Assembly: GCA_905235385.1 (NCBI GenBank)
Contig: CAJOLB010000005.1
Coordinates: 1-51,210, forward strand
Length of the DNA: 51,210 nucleotides
Source: an uncultured Alphaproteobacteria bacterium
GTDB lineage: Bacteria; Pseudomonadota; Alphaproteobacteria; RF32; CAG-239
Direction: 5' to 3'
Positions within the stretch are counted from its first letter, which is position 1; each line of letters starts with the position of its first letter. Below, one piece after another: positions 34,041-43,839 of the stretch. The position numbers and the translations under genes are program-made. The notes under the pieces are model-generated. The model was not told where the DNA came from, did no database searches, and saw only the letters and a list, made by a program, of their open reading frames with translations.

Positions 34041-34493
34041 TTAATCTGCAATTTCTTCAATTTTGGTTAAAGAGCCATCGGCAGCATAAAAATATCGTTT
34101 TTTTAAGTTTTTACCATTTAAGACAAGAGGCAAAAAATCGGCATCAGCCGTGCGCATTTTATCATAGGGAATATGCTCTGCGTCCTGCCAAAAAACTTCT
34201 ACCTCATCTTTTTTGGGAATAATATTTCCTTCAAATTCGGTTGAAATGTAAACATAAACGGCAATATTCATGGTTGGAAATTCCATGTAGCCTGCAAATT
34301 TCGGGTTAAAAATTTGAAGTCCGGTTTCTTCCAAAGTTTCGCGCTTAACACAGGCTTCCAAACTGATGTCTTTTTCTTCACGCTTGCCGCCCGGAAAATT
34401 TACAAATCCCTTATTTATTCCTCTGAGATGTTTAATCATTAAAAAGCGGTTTTTCTTTAAGTCTTTGATAATTGAAAGTGTGGCTTCTTTCAT
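34041..34493 (-). CDS. NUDIX hydrolase (MutT-like)
   Basis: 150 aa. Nudix box GGKREEKDISLEACVKRETLEETGL. Confidence 0.85.
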   Translation of the reverse strand: MKEATLSIIKDLKKNRFLMIKHLRGINKGFVNFPGGKREEKDISLEACVKRETLEETGLQIFNPKFAGYMEFPTMNIAVYVYISTEFEGNIIPKKDEVEVFWQDAEHIPYDKMRTADADFLPLVLNGKNLKKRYFYAADGSLTKIEEIAD

Positions 34494-34498
34494 TTTTA

Positions 34499-35911
34499 TT
34501 ATCCGGGAGTTTGAGTTGTTGAGTTGATGGTGGCTTTGAGTTGAATTTTGGCTTTGTTTTGATTAAAAAAGTTTTTCGATTTTTTGACTTTGATTTTTCT
34601 GATTGTTATAAAATAACCTGTTGTGACGACAAGCATTGCGCCAACCCATGCAATCGGTGAGGCATAAAAAATGCCGACGTATCCCATTTTTTTTGCAAGG
34701 TAAACAGCGGCAAAAGAACGAACAAAAAGTTCGGTTAAGCTCGCCATCAAAGGAAGAAAGGCTTTACCCATTCCCTGCAACGTGTTTCTGAAAATAAAAA
34801 TCATGCTTAGGAAAAAATAAAACAATGTGCTGATGGATAAATATGTTTTGCCGACGTTGATAATAAAATCATTATTCTCGTTTAAGAAAATTGAAATCAT
34901 GTTTTTGCCGACATAACGCACCATAAGCGACATCAAAACGGAAATGACAAGAGAGGTTATGGCTGTCAAACGAACGCCTTGGCGGATTCGCGAAAGTTTT
35001 CCCGCACCCCAGTTTTGAGCCGAAAAAGTTGCCATGGCAATACCTAAGGCCAAAAGAGGCTGGGTGGCAAGTTGTTCGATTCGAAGTGCCGCCGTAAAGG
35101 CTGCAATAACATCAGGACCGAAAGAATTGCACGCACTTTGAATAACCATCATACTGATTGAAAGAACAGAAAATTGAACAGACATCGGAATGGAAATGGC
35201 AAGCTGCTCTTTCAACATCTGTCTGTCATAATGCCAATCAGATTTTTCAAGCCGAATAATCGGAAACTTTCGATAAACATAAAAAATAAAAAGAAAAAAA
35301 GCGATTGAAATCGAAAGAACCGTTCCGAGCGCGGAACCGGCAACGCCTAATTTGAAAAAATAAATTAAAACGAAATTAAGAACAATGTTTAAAATAGTTG
35401 AGAATATCAAAAAATAAAGAGGTGTTCTGCTGTCGCCCAAAGCTCGGACAAAACCGAAAAACAGGTTATAAAAAACCATAATCACCAAACCGAACGAAAG
35501 AATGCTCATAAAAACATATGCATCATGCTCAATTTCAACAGGAACATTCATCAATCTCAAAATAGGCTTTAAAAAGAAAATCAAAATGACGAACATAAAA
35601 ACAGATAAAACACCGCACGCCATAAAAGCATGAGTCATGGAAGCGCGCATACCCTTTAAATCGTTGGCACCGAAACGTTGAGCCGTCACAACGGTCAGCC
35701 CGCCGGCAAAACCAAAAGAAATAAGCAAAAACACGAAAAAAATAGGTGCTGTCGCACCGACGGCCGCAAGTGCCTGAACACCGATCAGCCGACCGACGAT
35801 TAAGATATCCGAAATGTTATAAAGCTGCTGAAACAAATTGCCGATAAGAATAGGCAGGCAAAACATCAAAATCAGCTTAAAGGGCGAACCTTGCGTTAAA
35901 TTTTTAATCAT
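34499..35911 (-). CDS. MATE family efflux transporter
   Basis: 470 aa with 12 TM segments. N-terminal GSPFKLILMFCLPILIGNLFQQLYNISD is typical of MATE. Confidence 0.85.
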   Translation of the reverse strand: MIKNLTQGSPFKLILMFCLPILIGNLFQQLYNISDILIVGRLIGVQALAAVGATAPIFFVFLLISFGFAGGLTVVTAQRFGANDLKGMRASMTHAFMACGVLSVFMFVILIFFLKPILRLMNVPVEIEHDAYVFMSILSFGLVIMVFYNLFFGFVRALGDSRTPLYFLIFSTILNIVLNFVLIYFFKLGVAGSALGTVLSISIAFFLFIFYVYRKFPIIRLEKSDWHYDRQMLKEQLAISIPMSVQFSVLSISMMVIQSACNSFGPDVIAAFTAALRIEQLATQPLLALGIAMATFSAQNWGAGKLSRIRQGVRLTAITSLVISVLMSLMVRYVGKNMISIFLNENNDFIINVGKTYLSISTLFYFFLSMIFIFRNTLQGMGKAFLPLMASLTELFVRSFAAVYLAKKMGYVGIFYASPIAWVGAMLVVTTGYFITIRKIKVKKSKNFFNQNKAKIQLKATINSTTQTPG

Positions 35912-36747
35912 TTAAATGTTAAAACCTCTTGTGAAAAATAGGTGTTAAGATAGTGATTTAAAAATGTTTTTGAAAAATCACCGCTATAAGTCAAAGTATC
36001 ATTAAAAGTAATGCCGGCAAAAAGAGCTTTTTTCGAAATATAGATTTGCGTTTTTTCATCAAAAAGCCACTCAATCGGTTTGACCTCAAGCCAATAAAGT
36101 TTGTTTTCTTGTAAAAGCTGACCGTTTGAAAGAACGGATTCGGCATCGGCTTTTTGGGCAACAACCCTGATATATTTTTTGCCGTCCAAAACATATTCGG
36201 GATATGTTAACGGATCAAAGGCAAGGTTTGAAGAGTTGAGCATCACGCCGTCAAATGTAAATGAACGCCCTGTTAATCTAAGCTGATCTTTTTTGAAAAA
36301 ATATGTTAAGACAGGACCGATTTCGGGGTCTGCCAAATCTTGAGGAAACGAGCCGTATTGATAAACATTTAAGAAACGCTTGTTGTGGAGTTGGATTCTG
36401 TCTTGACCGAAAACAGGCATTTCTTTGGCGCGGATAACCGGTCGGACAGCGTGGCGGCGGATATAAGGATAGTTATAAGAAAACTCACCGTCATATGCCA
36501 CGGCAACCGTATATTTGTTTTGATAAGGCGAAGATGTCCAAACATAACCTGACAAATCGCCTTCCGAAGTTTTAACATCAGAAACCATTAAAGCACCCAA
36601 TGTAACGGCTAAATCCGTAACGGCGGTTCTCTTTCCGTAATATTTAAAAATTTCAAGACTGTTGTCGCCCCAAATTTCTTCTTGCTTTAATAACGAAATA
36701 ATCATTAAATGATCTCCACAAAGCTGATAATACCAAATTTTTAACAT
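35908..36747 (-). CDS. hypothetical protein (possible DUF6273-like fold)
   Basis: 279 aa. TDLAVTLGA...WTSSP...AVRPVI pattern. An alternative start at 36705 (MIISLL) follows GGAG. Confidence 0.5.
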   Translation of the reverse strand: MLKIWYYQLCGDHLMIISLLKQEEIWGDNSLEIFKYYGKRTAVTDLAVTLGALMVSDVKTSEGDLSGYVWTSSPYQNKYTVAVAYDGEFSYNYPYIRRHAVRPVIRAKEMPVFGQDRIQLHNKRFLNVYQYGSFPQDLADPEIGPVLTYFFKKDQLRLTGRSFTFDGVMLNSSNLAFDPLTYPEYVLDGKKYIRVVAQKADAESVLSNGQLLQENKLYWLEVKPIEWLFDEKTQIYISKKALFAGITFNDTLTYSGDFSKTFLNHYLNTYFSQEVLTFK

Positions 36748-36809
36748 ATATTTTTTTTCATCTCAACCGTTTTTACATTTTTTTAATCAAAAAAACACAT
36801 AAAAGAAAT

Positions 36810-37214
36810 ATGGGAAAAAAAATAAAAATAGATGTTACGGAGCTGATTAAAAAGCTCGAAGAAAAACGGATTCCTTTTTATCCGGTGATGATGTATATTC
36901 TGCTCAAAGCCACAGGCGCAAAAGAAGATGAAATCTATTTTGAGCAAAGCCGGACACTGTGTTTGAAAACAACATTTGATACGGATTTTGAAGTGTTTTT
37001 CAAAAATTATGTTTTTGATTGTTTTAAAGGAAAACATAATCTAAAAATCAAAGACGAGAAATTGTTTTTTGCCTTAAAAGAAAATCAAAGAGCCGATTTT
37101 GTGTTGTATCCGTTTGAAAACAAAGACGGAAAAATCATTTTAACTGTTTGGATAAGGCAGAATGTTTCTGCGGATTTTGAGAAGAATTGTGCGAAAATTT
37201 GTGCGGATTTTTAA
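36810..37214 (+). CDS. chloramphenicol acetyltransferase (CAT)-like remnant lacking the catalytic His
   Basis: 134 aa. IDVTELIKKLEEKRIPFYPVMMYILLKA resembles CAT [28 protein letters not shown]. The C-terminal ILTVWIRQNVSADF aligns with LAIQVHHAVCDGF, with H replaced by N. Confidence 0.5.
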   Translation: MGKKIKIDVTELIKKLEEKRIPFYPVMMYILLKATGAKEDEIYFEQSRTLCLKTTFDTDFEVFFKNYVFDCFKGKHNLKIKDEKLFFALKENQRADFVLYPFENKDGKIILTVWIRQNVSADFEKNCAKICADF

Positions 37215-37338
37215 GTGCTTCATTAAAATCAATTTCACAGGAAACATCGTGGGCAATATTGTTGTCGAAAGTGCAGCCGCAATTGTCATCATCGGCGCAA
37301 GTGCATGAATTTTGATAGTCGTAAAAACATTTTTTCAT
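37135..37338 (-). CDS. small Cys-rich ORF (hypothetical)
   Basis: 67 aa, MKKCFYDYQNSCTCADDDNCGCTFDNNIAHDVSCE. GGAG RBS 8 nt upstream. Its 3' 80 nt overlap the convergent CAT-like ORF. Confidence 0.3.
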   Translation of the reverse strand: MKKCFYDYQNSCTCADDDNCGCTFDNNIAHDVSCEIDFNEALKNPHKFSHNSSQNPQKHSALSKQLK

Positions 37339-37351
37339 TTCAATTCTCCAT

Positions 37352-37379
37352 AAAAAAAACCGGTTTAAACACCGGTTTA
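37352..37379 (-). terminator. terminator after greA
   Basis: Self-complementary ACCGGT stems (37359-37364 / 37371-37376) followed on the minus strand by eight T. Confidence 0.75.
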
Positions 37380-37400
37380 TATAAGAACTTGTTTTGAAAA

Positions 37401-37874
37401 TTAAACGTATTTAACAACTAAAATTTCAAAAGATTTTTTGCCGCCGGGGGCAATAAATTCAACCGTATCGCCGACTTCTTTACCGATTAAGGCTTTCGCA
37501 ATCGGAGAAGAAATGGAAATAAGATTCTTTTCGATATCTGCTTCATAATCGCCGACGATTTGATATTCTTTTTCATCATCGGTATCAACATCAGCAACCA
37601 AAACGGTCGCGCCGAAACGAACAACATCACCTGACATCGTTGTCGGATCAATAACCTGCGCACGGCTGACAACAGCTTCGAGCTCTTGGATTCGGCCCTC
37701 AATAAAACTCTGTTTTTCTTTGGCGGCGGAATATTCTGCATTTTCGGACAAATCGCCGTGAGAGCGAGCTTCGGCAATCGCCGCGATAATGTTCGGACGA
37801 TCAACGCCTTTTAAGTTTTTAAGCTCTTGTTCAAGCTGTAAATACCCCTTTTTCGTAAGAGGAAACTTTTCCAT
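37401..37874 (-). CDS. greA: transcription elongation factor GreA
   Basis: 157 aa. LTKKGYLQLEQELKNLK...AIAEARSHGDLSENAEYSAAKE. Confidence 0.9.
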   Translation of the reverse strand: MEKFPLTKKGYLQLEQELKNLKGVDRPNIIAAIAEARSHGDLSENAEYSAAKEKQSFIEGRIQELEAVVSRAQVIDPTTMSGDVVRFGATVLVADVDTDDEKEYQIVGDYEADIEKNLISISSPIAKALIGKEVGDTVEFIAPGGKKSFEILVVKYV

Positions 37875-38077
37875 TTTATTTCTCCCTTTAAAGTTAGAAA
37901 AAATCAGACTGCGACGTTTCCGTCACAGCCATTATGCTTCATATGGGCTTAATATATCACAAAAAAAACAAAAATCAAGCCTTTTCTTTTTTGTGTAAAA
38001 ATTTTTATTTTGTATATACAATTTTATGGGTTTTGCTTAAACTTTGAAACGTATTAATACAATTTAGGAGAAATTTT

Positions 38078-38530
38078 ATGAAAAAAATTTTAGGATTAGC
38101 CTTGGTTTTGGCTATTGCCTCAATGTCAAATGCAAACGCTTACGACAGCACGGGTTGCGGTTTGGGTTCTATGGCATGGCGCGGACAAAGCGGCATTTTG
38201 CCCCAGATTTTAGCTGTTACAACAAACGGCACATTTGGTAACCAAACATTCGGTATTACATTCGGCACATCAGGTTGTGATCCGAACGGTCGTATTTCGG
38301 GCGGCACACAAAAAATGGTTCTTTCTTTCTTGGAAAACAACATGGAACAATTTGCTGCCGATGCTGCCGCAGGTGAAGGCGAAACATTAACGACATTGGC
38401 CGGCATTATGCATATGGATGCTGACTATGTCGCTTCAAAAACATATCAAAACTTTGCTTATCTGTTTGAAGATGAAAATATTGATGTCGTTGATTTGACA
38501 TTGAAGTTTTATGAAATCATGAAAGCATAA
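38078..38530 (+). CDS. DUF3015-like secreted protein
   Basis: 150 aa. Signal peptide, then TGCGLGSMAW...TTNGTFGNQTFGITFGTSGC. Confidence 0.7.
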   Translation: MKKILGLALVLAIASMSNANAYDSTGCGLGSMAWRGQSGILPQILAVTTNGTFGNQTFGITFGTSGCDPNGRISGGTQKMVLSFLENNMEQFAADAAAGEGETLTTLAGIMHMDADYVASKTYQNFAYLFEDENIDVVDLTLKFYEIMKA

Positions 38531-38582
38531 AAACATATGTTAAAAAGGAAAGCACGGCTCTAAAACCGTGCTTTTTGTTTCT

Positions 38583-40388
38583 ATGACCAAAAAACTGTTT
38601 TTTATTTTTTGTTTGTTTTTTTCTTGTGTTTCATACGGAGCCGATTTTGCTTATGATGAAAAATGGCTTTCACTCGTTCATTATCAAAAAAATATTTTTT
38701 CGTGTTATGAAGGAACAATCGGCTCACTCGAATTTTATTTAAGCAAAGACGGAAAAACAAATCCGAAATCGGAACTTGAGGCCACAATAGATTTGTTCGA
38801 AAAAACAAATGATGAAAAAAGATGTTTGTTTCCGGCAAGGTATTTGCTCTTGAAAAAAGAAGGGCTGATTAAGGCCGAATTTCCGGATTGCGCTGAGTTT
38901 GAACAGTTTAAAGATGATTTGAAGCCTGCCGGTGTAACAATGCTCTTCACCGATGCTTATATGAATAATTCATCATCTCTTTTCGGACATACCTTAATGA
39001 GAATAGACACCTCAAGGGAAGGCACGCAGATGATTGCGCACGGCTTAAATTACGGCGCTTTTACAAAAGGGTTTGAAAATACTTTTTTATATGCAATTTA
39101 CGGGCTTTTGGGGTTTTATCCGGGAGGTTTGACGACAAAACCTTATTATGACACGATTAACAAATATAACAACATCGAAAACAGGGATATTTGGGAATAT
39201 AACCTCGACTTTTCAAATGAAGAACTTGAGATGTTCGTGGCTCACGTTTGGGAGGTCGGACACACAACAACGCCTTATTATTTCTTTTCGCAAAATTGTT
39301 CATATATGTTGCTTGAAATTTTAGACGCCGTCAGGCCGGATTTGAAATTGGCAAAAGATTTTCCGGCGTGGACAATTCCGCTTGATACCATAAAAGCAAT
39401 AAACAAAAGAGGCATGGTGAAAGAAACAAATTATCGTCCGTCAAGATTAAAGAAAATTAAAAACCGCTTAAATCAGATGAACAAAAAACAATATAAGGCG
39501 TTTTTGAAAATAGTCCAAGATGAAAACACGGATATCTCGGATTTAAGCGAAGAAGAAAAATCAGATGTTTTGGAAACGGCATATCAATATGTGCAATATC
39601 AATATATCGCAAAAAAATTGGAATTAAAAGATTATCGCAAAAAAAGCCTTAAAATCTTAAAAGAAAGAAACAAAAACAAAGCAGGACAAACTTTTGGCGA
39701 CTTAAAAGACGGCAAAAATCCGAATTTTTCACACGATTCAAAACAGGTTGCGCTCTTTTTCGGAAAAAAGAACGGAAAGGCTTTTCAAGAATTTGCATTG
39801 CGTCCGGCGTATCACTCTTTAACAGACAATCCGTTCGGCTATTTAAACGGAGCCGGGATTAATTTTTTGCAGACCTATATCAGACATTATGATGCAAAAG
39901 ATAAATATGTTTTAGAAAAATTGAGCATTCTCGAACTCGATTCGTTTTCACCGATTGACAGAGCTTTTGTTGCGCCGTCTTATCGAATAAAGCTTGATGA
40001 AATAAGAGATGAAAACCTGAAAACAAAAAAAGAAGGTTATGTTCTTCAAGGTGAAGTTTCGGGCGGGGGAACATTTGAGCTCGGCAAAAATTTATGGGGC
40101 TATGTTTTAAGCTCTGTTGACGGTGCCTACGGCGGATTTTTAAAAGATAATGCGTGGGCCGGTGTTTCGGGGGCGGTCGGTCTGCTTTTAAGTTTTGAAA
40201 AAATAGGCTTTCAGGCGGAGCTTAAAAAGACGCTTGCCACACAAAAGCACGCAAATGTTTTTAAACAGTCGGCGCTCGTGAATTATCATATTTTCAAAAA
40301 TACGGACATAGAAGCGGTTTTTGAAAGAAAAACCTGTTCTTCAAAAAGCCGAACCGAAATAAAGGCGGGCTTAAAGCAATTTTTTTAA
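38583..40388 (+). CDS. DUF4105 (Lnb N-terminal periplasmic domain)-containing protein
   Basis: ATG 38583 (MTKKLFFIFCLFF signal). WLSLVHYQK...CLFPARYLLL and SSLFGHTLMRID motifs. Confidence 0.7.
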   Translation: MTKKLFFIFCLFFSCVSYGADFAYDEKWLSLVHYQKNIFSCYEGTIGSLEFYLSKDGKTNPKSELEATIDLFEKTNDEKRCLFPARYLLLKKEGLIKAEFPDCAEFEQFKDDLKPAGVTMLFTDAYMNNSSSLFGHTLMRIDTSREGTQMIAHGLNYGAFTKGFENTFLYAIYGLLGFYPGGLTTKPYYDTINKYNNIENRDIWEYNLDFSNEELEMFVAHVWEVGHTTTPYYFFSQNCSYMLLEILDAVRPDLKLAKDFPAWTIPLDTIKAINKRGMVKETNYRPSRLKKIKNRLNQMNKKQYKAFLKIVQDENTDISDLSEEEKSDVLETAYQYVQYQYIAKKLELKDYRKKSLKILKERNKNKAGQTFGDLKDGKNPNFSHDSKQVALFFGKKNGKAFQEFALRPAYHSLTDNPFGYLNGAGINFLQTYIRHYDAKDKYVLEKLSILELDSFSPIDRAFVAPSYRIKLDEIRDENLKTKKEGYVLQGEVSGGGTFELGKNLWGYVLSSVDGAYGGFLKDNAWAGVSGAVGLLLSFEKIGFQAELKKTLATQKHANVFKQSALVNYHIFKNTDIEAVFERKTCSSKSRTEIKAGLKQFF

Positions 40389-40487
40389 GAAAAAATAAAC
40401 TGATAATAGATGAAGTCTTTTTCTTGCAAGACAAAAAAAAGAGGTTATGATTCTTTTATAAGAACCTTTAAAAAAGGAGAAAGATTT

Positions 40488-41273
40488 ATGTTGAAAATTT
40501 TGCTTGCTTTATTGTTTTTGTTTGGCTCTTACGGCGTTTGGGCACAGGATGTCGACGCTCAAAGTCAAGACGCTGAAGTCTCAGAGCAGACCGAAGAAGA
40601 AAATCTTGAAGCCAGAGTTGAAGAGCTGACCTTAAATCTTGAATCACAGGTCGGGCGCTGGAGCTTAAGAGATGTTGAAACATTAAAGGAAGCAAATTTT
40701 GATTTTGCGCAAAAAGACGGGTTAAACAACCCGATTCTATATTATGCTTTAAGCCAAAATCCGGATATAGAGGTTATTAAAAAAATCATCGAATATGGTG
40801 CAGATGTTAATGCCGCGGCGCAAAACGGGATGTTGCCGATCAATGTTTGTACCTCAAAAGCAAATGAAATTCAGTTAAAATTGCTGATGATGAAAACAAT
40901 GGGTTTTGATATGGGAGAACCCGAAGTTGAGGCAGAACTCGAAAAGCGTATTTTCTTTGAAATGAGCAAGATGACCGAACTTGCGGCTTTTTTAATTGAC
41001 AACGGTGCGGATATAAACAAAGAAAGCCCGCTCGGAACGCCTTTAATGAATGCGGTTACAAACAAATGGAACACGGATATTGTGGCATTGCTTATAAAAT
41101 ACGGGGCAAAAATCAATAAAAAGGACAGAGACGGAAGGACAGCTTTGTTTTATGCCTTCTCAAGCGGAAATGATGACTTGGTGACGATGTTGATTAAAGC
41201 CGGCGCGGATACGGAAATAAAGGATAAAAACGGACAAACCTATTTAGAACTTGAACGTCCGAAATATGATTAA
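40488..41273 (+). CDS. secreted ankyrin-repeat protein
   Basis: ATG 40488 after AAGGAG. Signal MLKILLALLFLFGSYGVWAQ. ANK repeats (GADVNAAAQNG, GADINKESPLGTPLMNAV, GAKINKKDRDGRTALFYA, GADTEIKDKNGQT). Confidence 0.8.
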   Translation: MLKILLALLFLFGSYGVWAQDVDAQSQDAEVSEQTEEENLEARVEELTLNLESQVGRWSLRDVETLKEANFDFAQKDGLNNPILYYALSQNPDIEVIKKIIEYGADVNAAAQNGMLPINVCTSKANEIQLKLLMMKTMGFDMGEPEVEAELEKRIFFEMSKMTELAAFLIDNGADINKESPLGTPLMNAVTNKWNTDIVALLIKYGAKINKKDRDGRTALFYAFSSGNDDLVTMLIKAGADTEIKDKNGQTYLELERPKYD

Positions 41274-41359
41274 AAAATAAGCTGTTAAGGGATTCTTTAC
41301 AAAAGAGGGTTACCCTCTCTTTAATATAACTATTTTTCAACAAATAAAAGGAAAACGAT

Positions 41360-43795
41360 ATGTTTAATATGAAGAAAATAAAAAATGCGGGAATGTTGGT
41401 TTTTACGTTTTTGGGCGTATGTCTGCAAAGCGCAAATGCCTCTGAAATCGATTTAAACGTTCCGGTGCTTTCACCATCGTTTAACATCTTCGGCCTTTCG
41501 ATGACAGGTGTTGAAATTTTATCTGTCGGTCTTATGGTTTGTTTGATCGGTATGTTTTTCGGTTTAATCGAATTTTTGAGAATTAAAAAGATGCCGGCGC
41601 ACAAAGCGATGCTTAAAGTTTCGGAAACAATTTATGAAACATGCAAAACATATATGAAACAACAGGCAAAGCTCTTATTTGTTTTGGAATGTTTCATTGG
41701 TGTTTGCATTTTCTATTATTTCTTTTATTTGAACAACACGCCGTTCAGCAAGGTTTTAAACATTTTGCTTTGGTCGGTTTTGGGTATTTTGGGTTCATAT
41801 CTGGTTGCATGGTTTGGAATGCGTATTAACACATACGCTAACGCAAGAACATCATTTGCATCATTAAAGGGAAAGGCTTTTGATGTGATGAGTTTGCCGC
41901 TTCATTCGGGTATGTCTATCGGAGTGTTGCTCATTTGTGTTGAACTTTTGATGATGATTGTGATTTTGTTGTTTGTGCCGAGAGATTATGCCGGCGCATG
42001 CTTTATCGGTTTTGCAATCGGTGAATCTTTGGGTGCTTCGGCACTGCGTATTTGTGGCGGAATATTTACAAAAATCGCTGATATCGGCGCGGATTTGATG
42101 AAAATTATATTCAAAATTGACGAAGATGATGCAAGAAATCCGGGCGTTATTGCTGACTGCACGGGCGACAATGCCGGCGATTCGGTCGGCCCGACGGCAG
42201 ATGGCTTTGAGACATATGGCGTGACGGGGGTGGCTTTAATCAGCTTCATTGTTTTAGGCGCCGGTATGTTTTGGAACGCAAACGGACAATTAACAATGAT
42301 GAGAAACGGTGTTGATTTGCAGGCTCGCTTAATCACATGGATTTTCACAATGCGCGTTTTGATGATTTTAACTTCAATCGTTTCTTATCTGCTCAACAAC
42401 GCATTTTCAAAATGGCGTTTCGGAAACAAAAAAGAATTTAACTTTGAAACACCGCTGACAACACTTGTGTGGTTTTCTTCCGTGATTTCGATTTTGGTCA
42501 CTTTCGGGGTTTCGTATGTGATGCTTGACAGCAGAACGTTTGACGAGAACCTTTGGTGGAGATTGGCAACAATTATCAGCTGCGGAACATTTGCGGCGGC
42601 AATTATTCCGGAATTTACGAAAATCTTCACATCTTCAAAATCAAAGCACGTTGAAGAAGTTGTGAACGCAAGCCGTGAAGCAGGCGCTTCATTGAACATT
42701 ATTTCAGGTATTGTTGCCGGAAACTTCTCGGGCTTTTGGCAAGGCTTGGTGATGGTCGCTTTAATGGCGGTTGCATATTTAACAGCCAGCACGGGCTTAG
42801 ATGCATATATGGTTTATCCGACAGTGTTTGCGTTCGGTTTGGTGGCTTTCGGTATGCTCGGTATGGGACCTGTAACGATTGCGGTTGACAGCTATGGTCC
42901 GGTGACGGATAACGCACAGTCTGTTTTTGAGCTTTCTCAAATTGAACAAATCAAAGGCATTTCAAAAGAAATCGAAAAAGATTATGGTTTTGAGCCGAAC
43001 TTCGAACTCGGAAAACATTTGTTGGAAGAAAACGATTCGGCAGGAAACACCTTCAAAGCAACGGCAAAACCTGTTTTAATCGGAACAGCCGTAATTGGTG
43101 CAACAACGATGATTTTCTCGATTATTTTGTTGTTGAACCTGTCGCTTAATTTGTTGGATCCGAATGTTTTGTTCGGTCTGATTTTGGGCGGTGCGGTGAT
43201 TTATTGGTTTTCGGGAGCATCAATGCAAGCGGTTTCTGCCGGTGCATATAAAGCCGTAAACTACATCAAAAAACACATCAAACTTGACGGGAAAAAAGCA
43301 GCTTCGTTAAAAGATTCAAAAAATGTTGTTCGGATTTGCACGCTTTATGCGCAAAAAGGAATGTTCAACATCTTTATGGTCATCTTTTCATTCACGATTG
43401 CGTTTGCTTGCTTTGATGCAAATCTGTTTGCTAGTTATTTGATTTCGATTGCTGTTTTCGGGCTGTTTCAGGCGCTCTATATGGCAAATGCCGGCGGTGC
43501 TTGGGATAACGCCAAAAAGGTTGTTGAAGTTGACTTAAATGCAAAAGGAACAGATTTGCATGCGGCATCTGTTGTGGGCGACACCGTTGGCGATCCTTAT
43601 AAAGATACGTCATCTGTTGCGTTAAACCCGATCATTAAATTTACGACATTGTTCGGACTTTTGGCTGTTGAAATGGCAGCGAAAGCACCGGCGTATGTTT
43701 CGTTCGGACTTGGTGTTGTGTTCTTTATGGTAGGTCTTGTTTTCGTATGGCGTTCCTTTTATGCAATGCGCATTGAGGCTGCAAACAAAGACTAA
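41360..43795 (+). CDS. hppA: membrane-bound proton-translocating pyrophosphatase (M-PPase), divergent, with signal-peptide-like N-terminal extension
   Basis: 811 aa. GGIFTKIADIGADL, DCTGDNAGDSVGPTADGFETYG, GGAWDNAKK, VGDTVGDPYKDTSS. GNTFKATAK has Lys at the K+-independence position. Confidence 0.9.
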   Translation: MFNMKKIKNAGMLVFTFLGVCLQSANASEIDLNVPVLSPSFNIFGLSMTGVEILSVGLMVCLIGMFFGLIEFLRIKKMPAHKAMLKVSETIYETCKTYMKQQAKLLFVLECFIGVCIFYYFFYLNNTPFSKVLNILLWSVLGILGSYLVAWFGMRINTYANARTSFASLKGKAFDVMSLPLHSGMSIGVLLICVELLMMIVILLFVPRDYAGACFIGFAIGESLGASALRICGGIFTKIADIGADLMKIIFKIDEDDARNPGVIADCTGDNAGDSVGPTADGFETYGVTGVALISFIVLGAGMFWNANGQLTMMRNGVDLQARLITWIFTMRVLMILTSIVSYLLNNAFSKWRFGNKKEFNFETPLTTLVWFSSVISILVTFGVSYVMLDSRTFDENLWWRLATIISCGTFAAAIIPEFTKIFTSSKSKHVEEVVNASREAGASLNIISGIVAGNFSGFWQGLVMVALMAVAYLTASTGLDAYMVYPTVFAFGLVAFGMLGMGPVTIAVDSYGPVTDNAQSVFELSQIEQIKGISKEIEKDYGFEPNFELGKHLLEENDSAGNTFKATAKPVLIGTAVIGATTMIFSIILLLNLSLNLLDPNVLFGLILGGAVIYWFSGASMQAVSAGAYKAVNYIKKHIKLDGKKAASLKDSKNVVRICTLYAQKGMFNIFMVIFSFTIAFACFDANLFASYLISIAVFGLFQALYMANAGGAWDNAKKVVEVDLNAKGTDLHAASVVGDTVGDPYKDTSSVALNPIIKFTTLFGLLAVEMAAKAPAYVSFGLGVVFFMVGLVFVWRSFYAMRIEAANKD

Positions 43796-43811
43796 ACAAC
43801 AATATGAAAAC

Positions 43812-43839
43812 CAAAGCCGGCATTTTTGCCGGCTTTTTT
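43812..43839 (+). terminator. terminator after hppA
   Basis: Stem AAGCCGGCA (43814-43822) / TGCCGGCTT (43827-43835) followed by a T-run. Confidence 0.8.
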
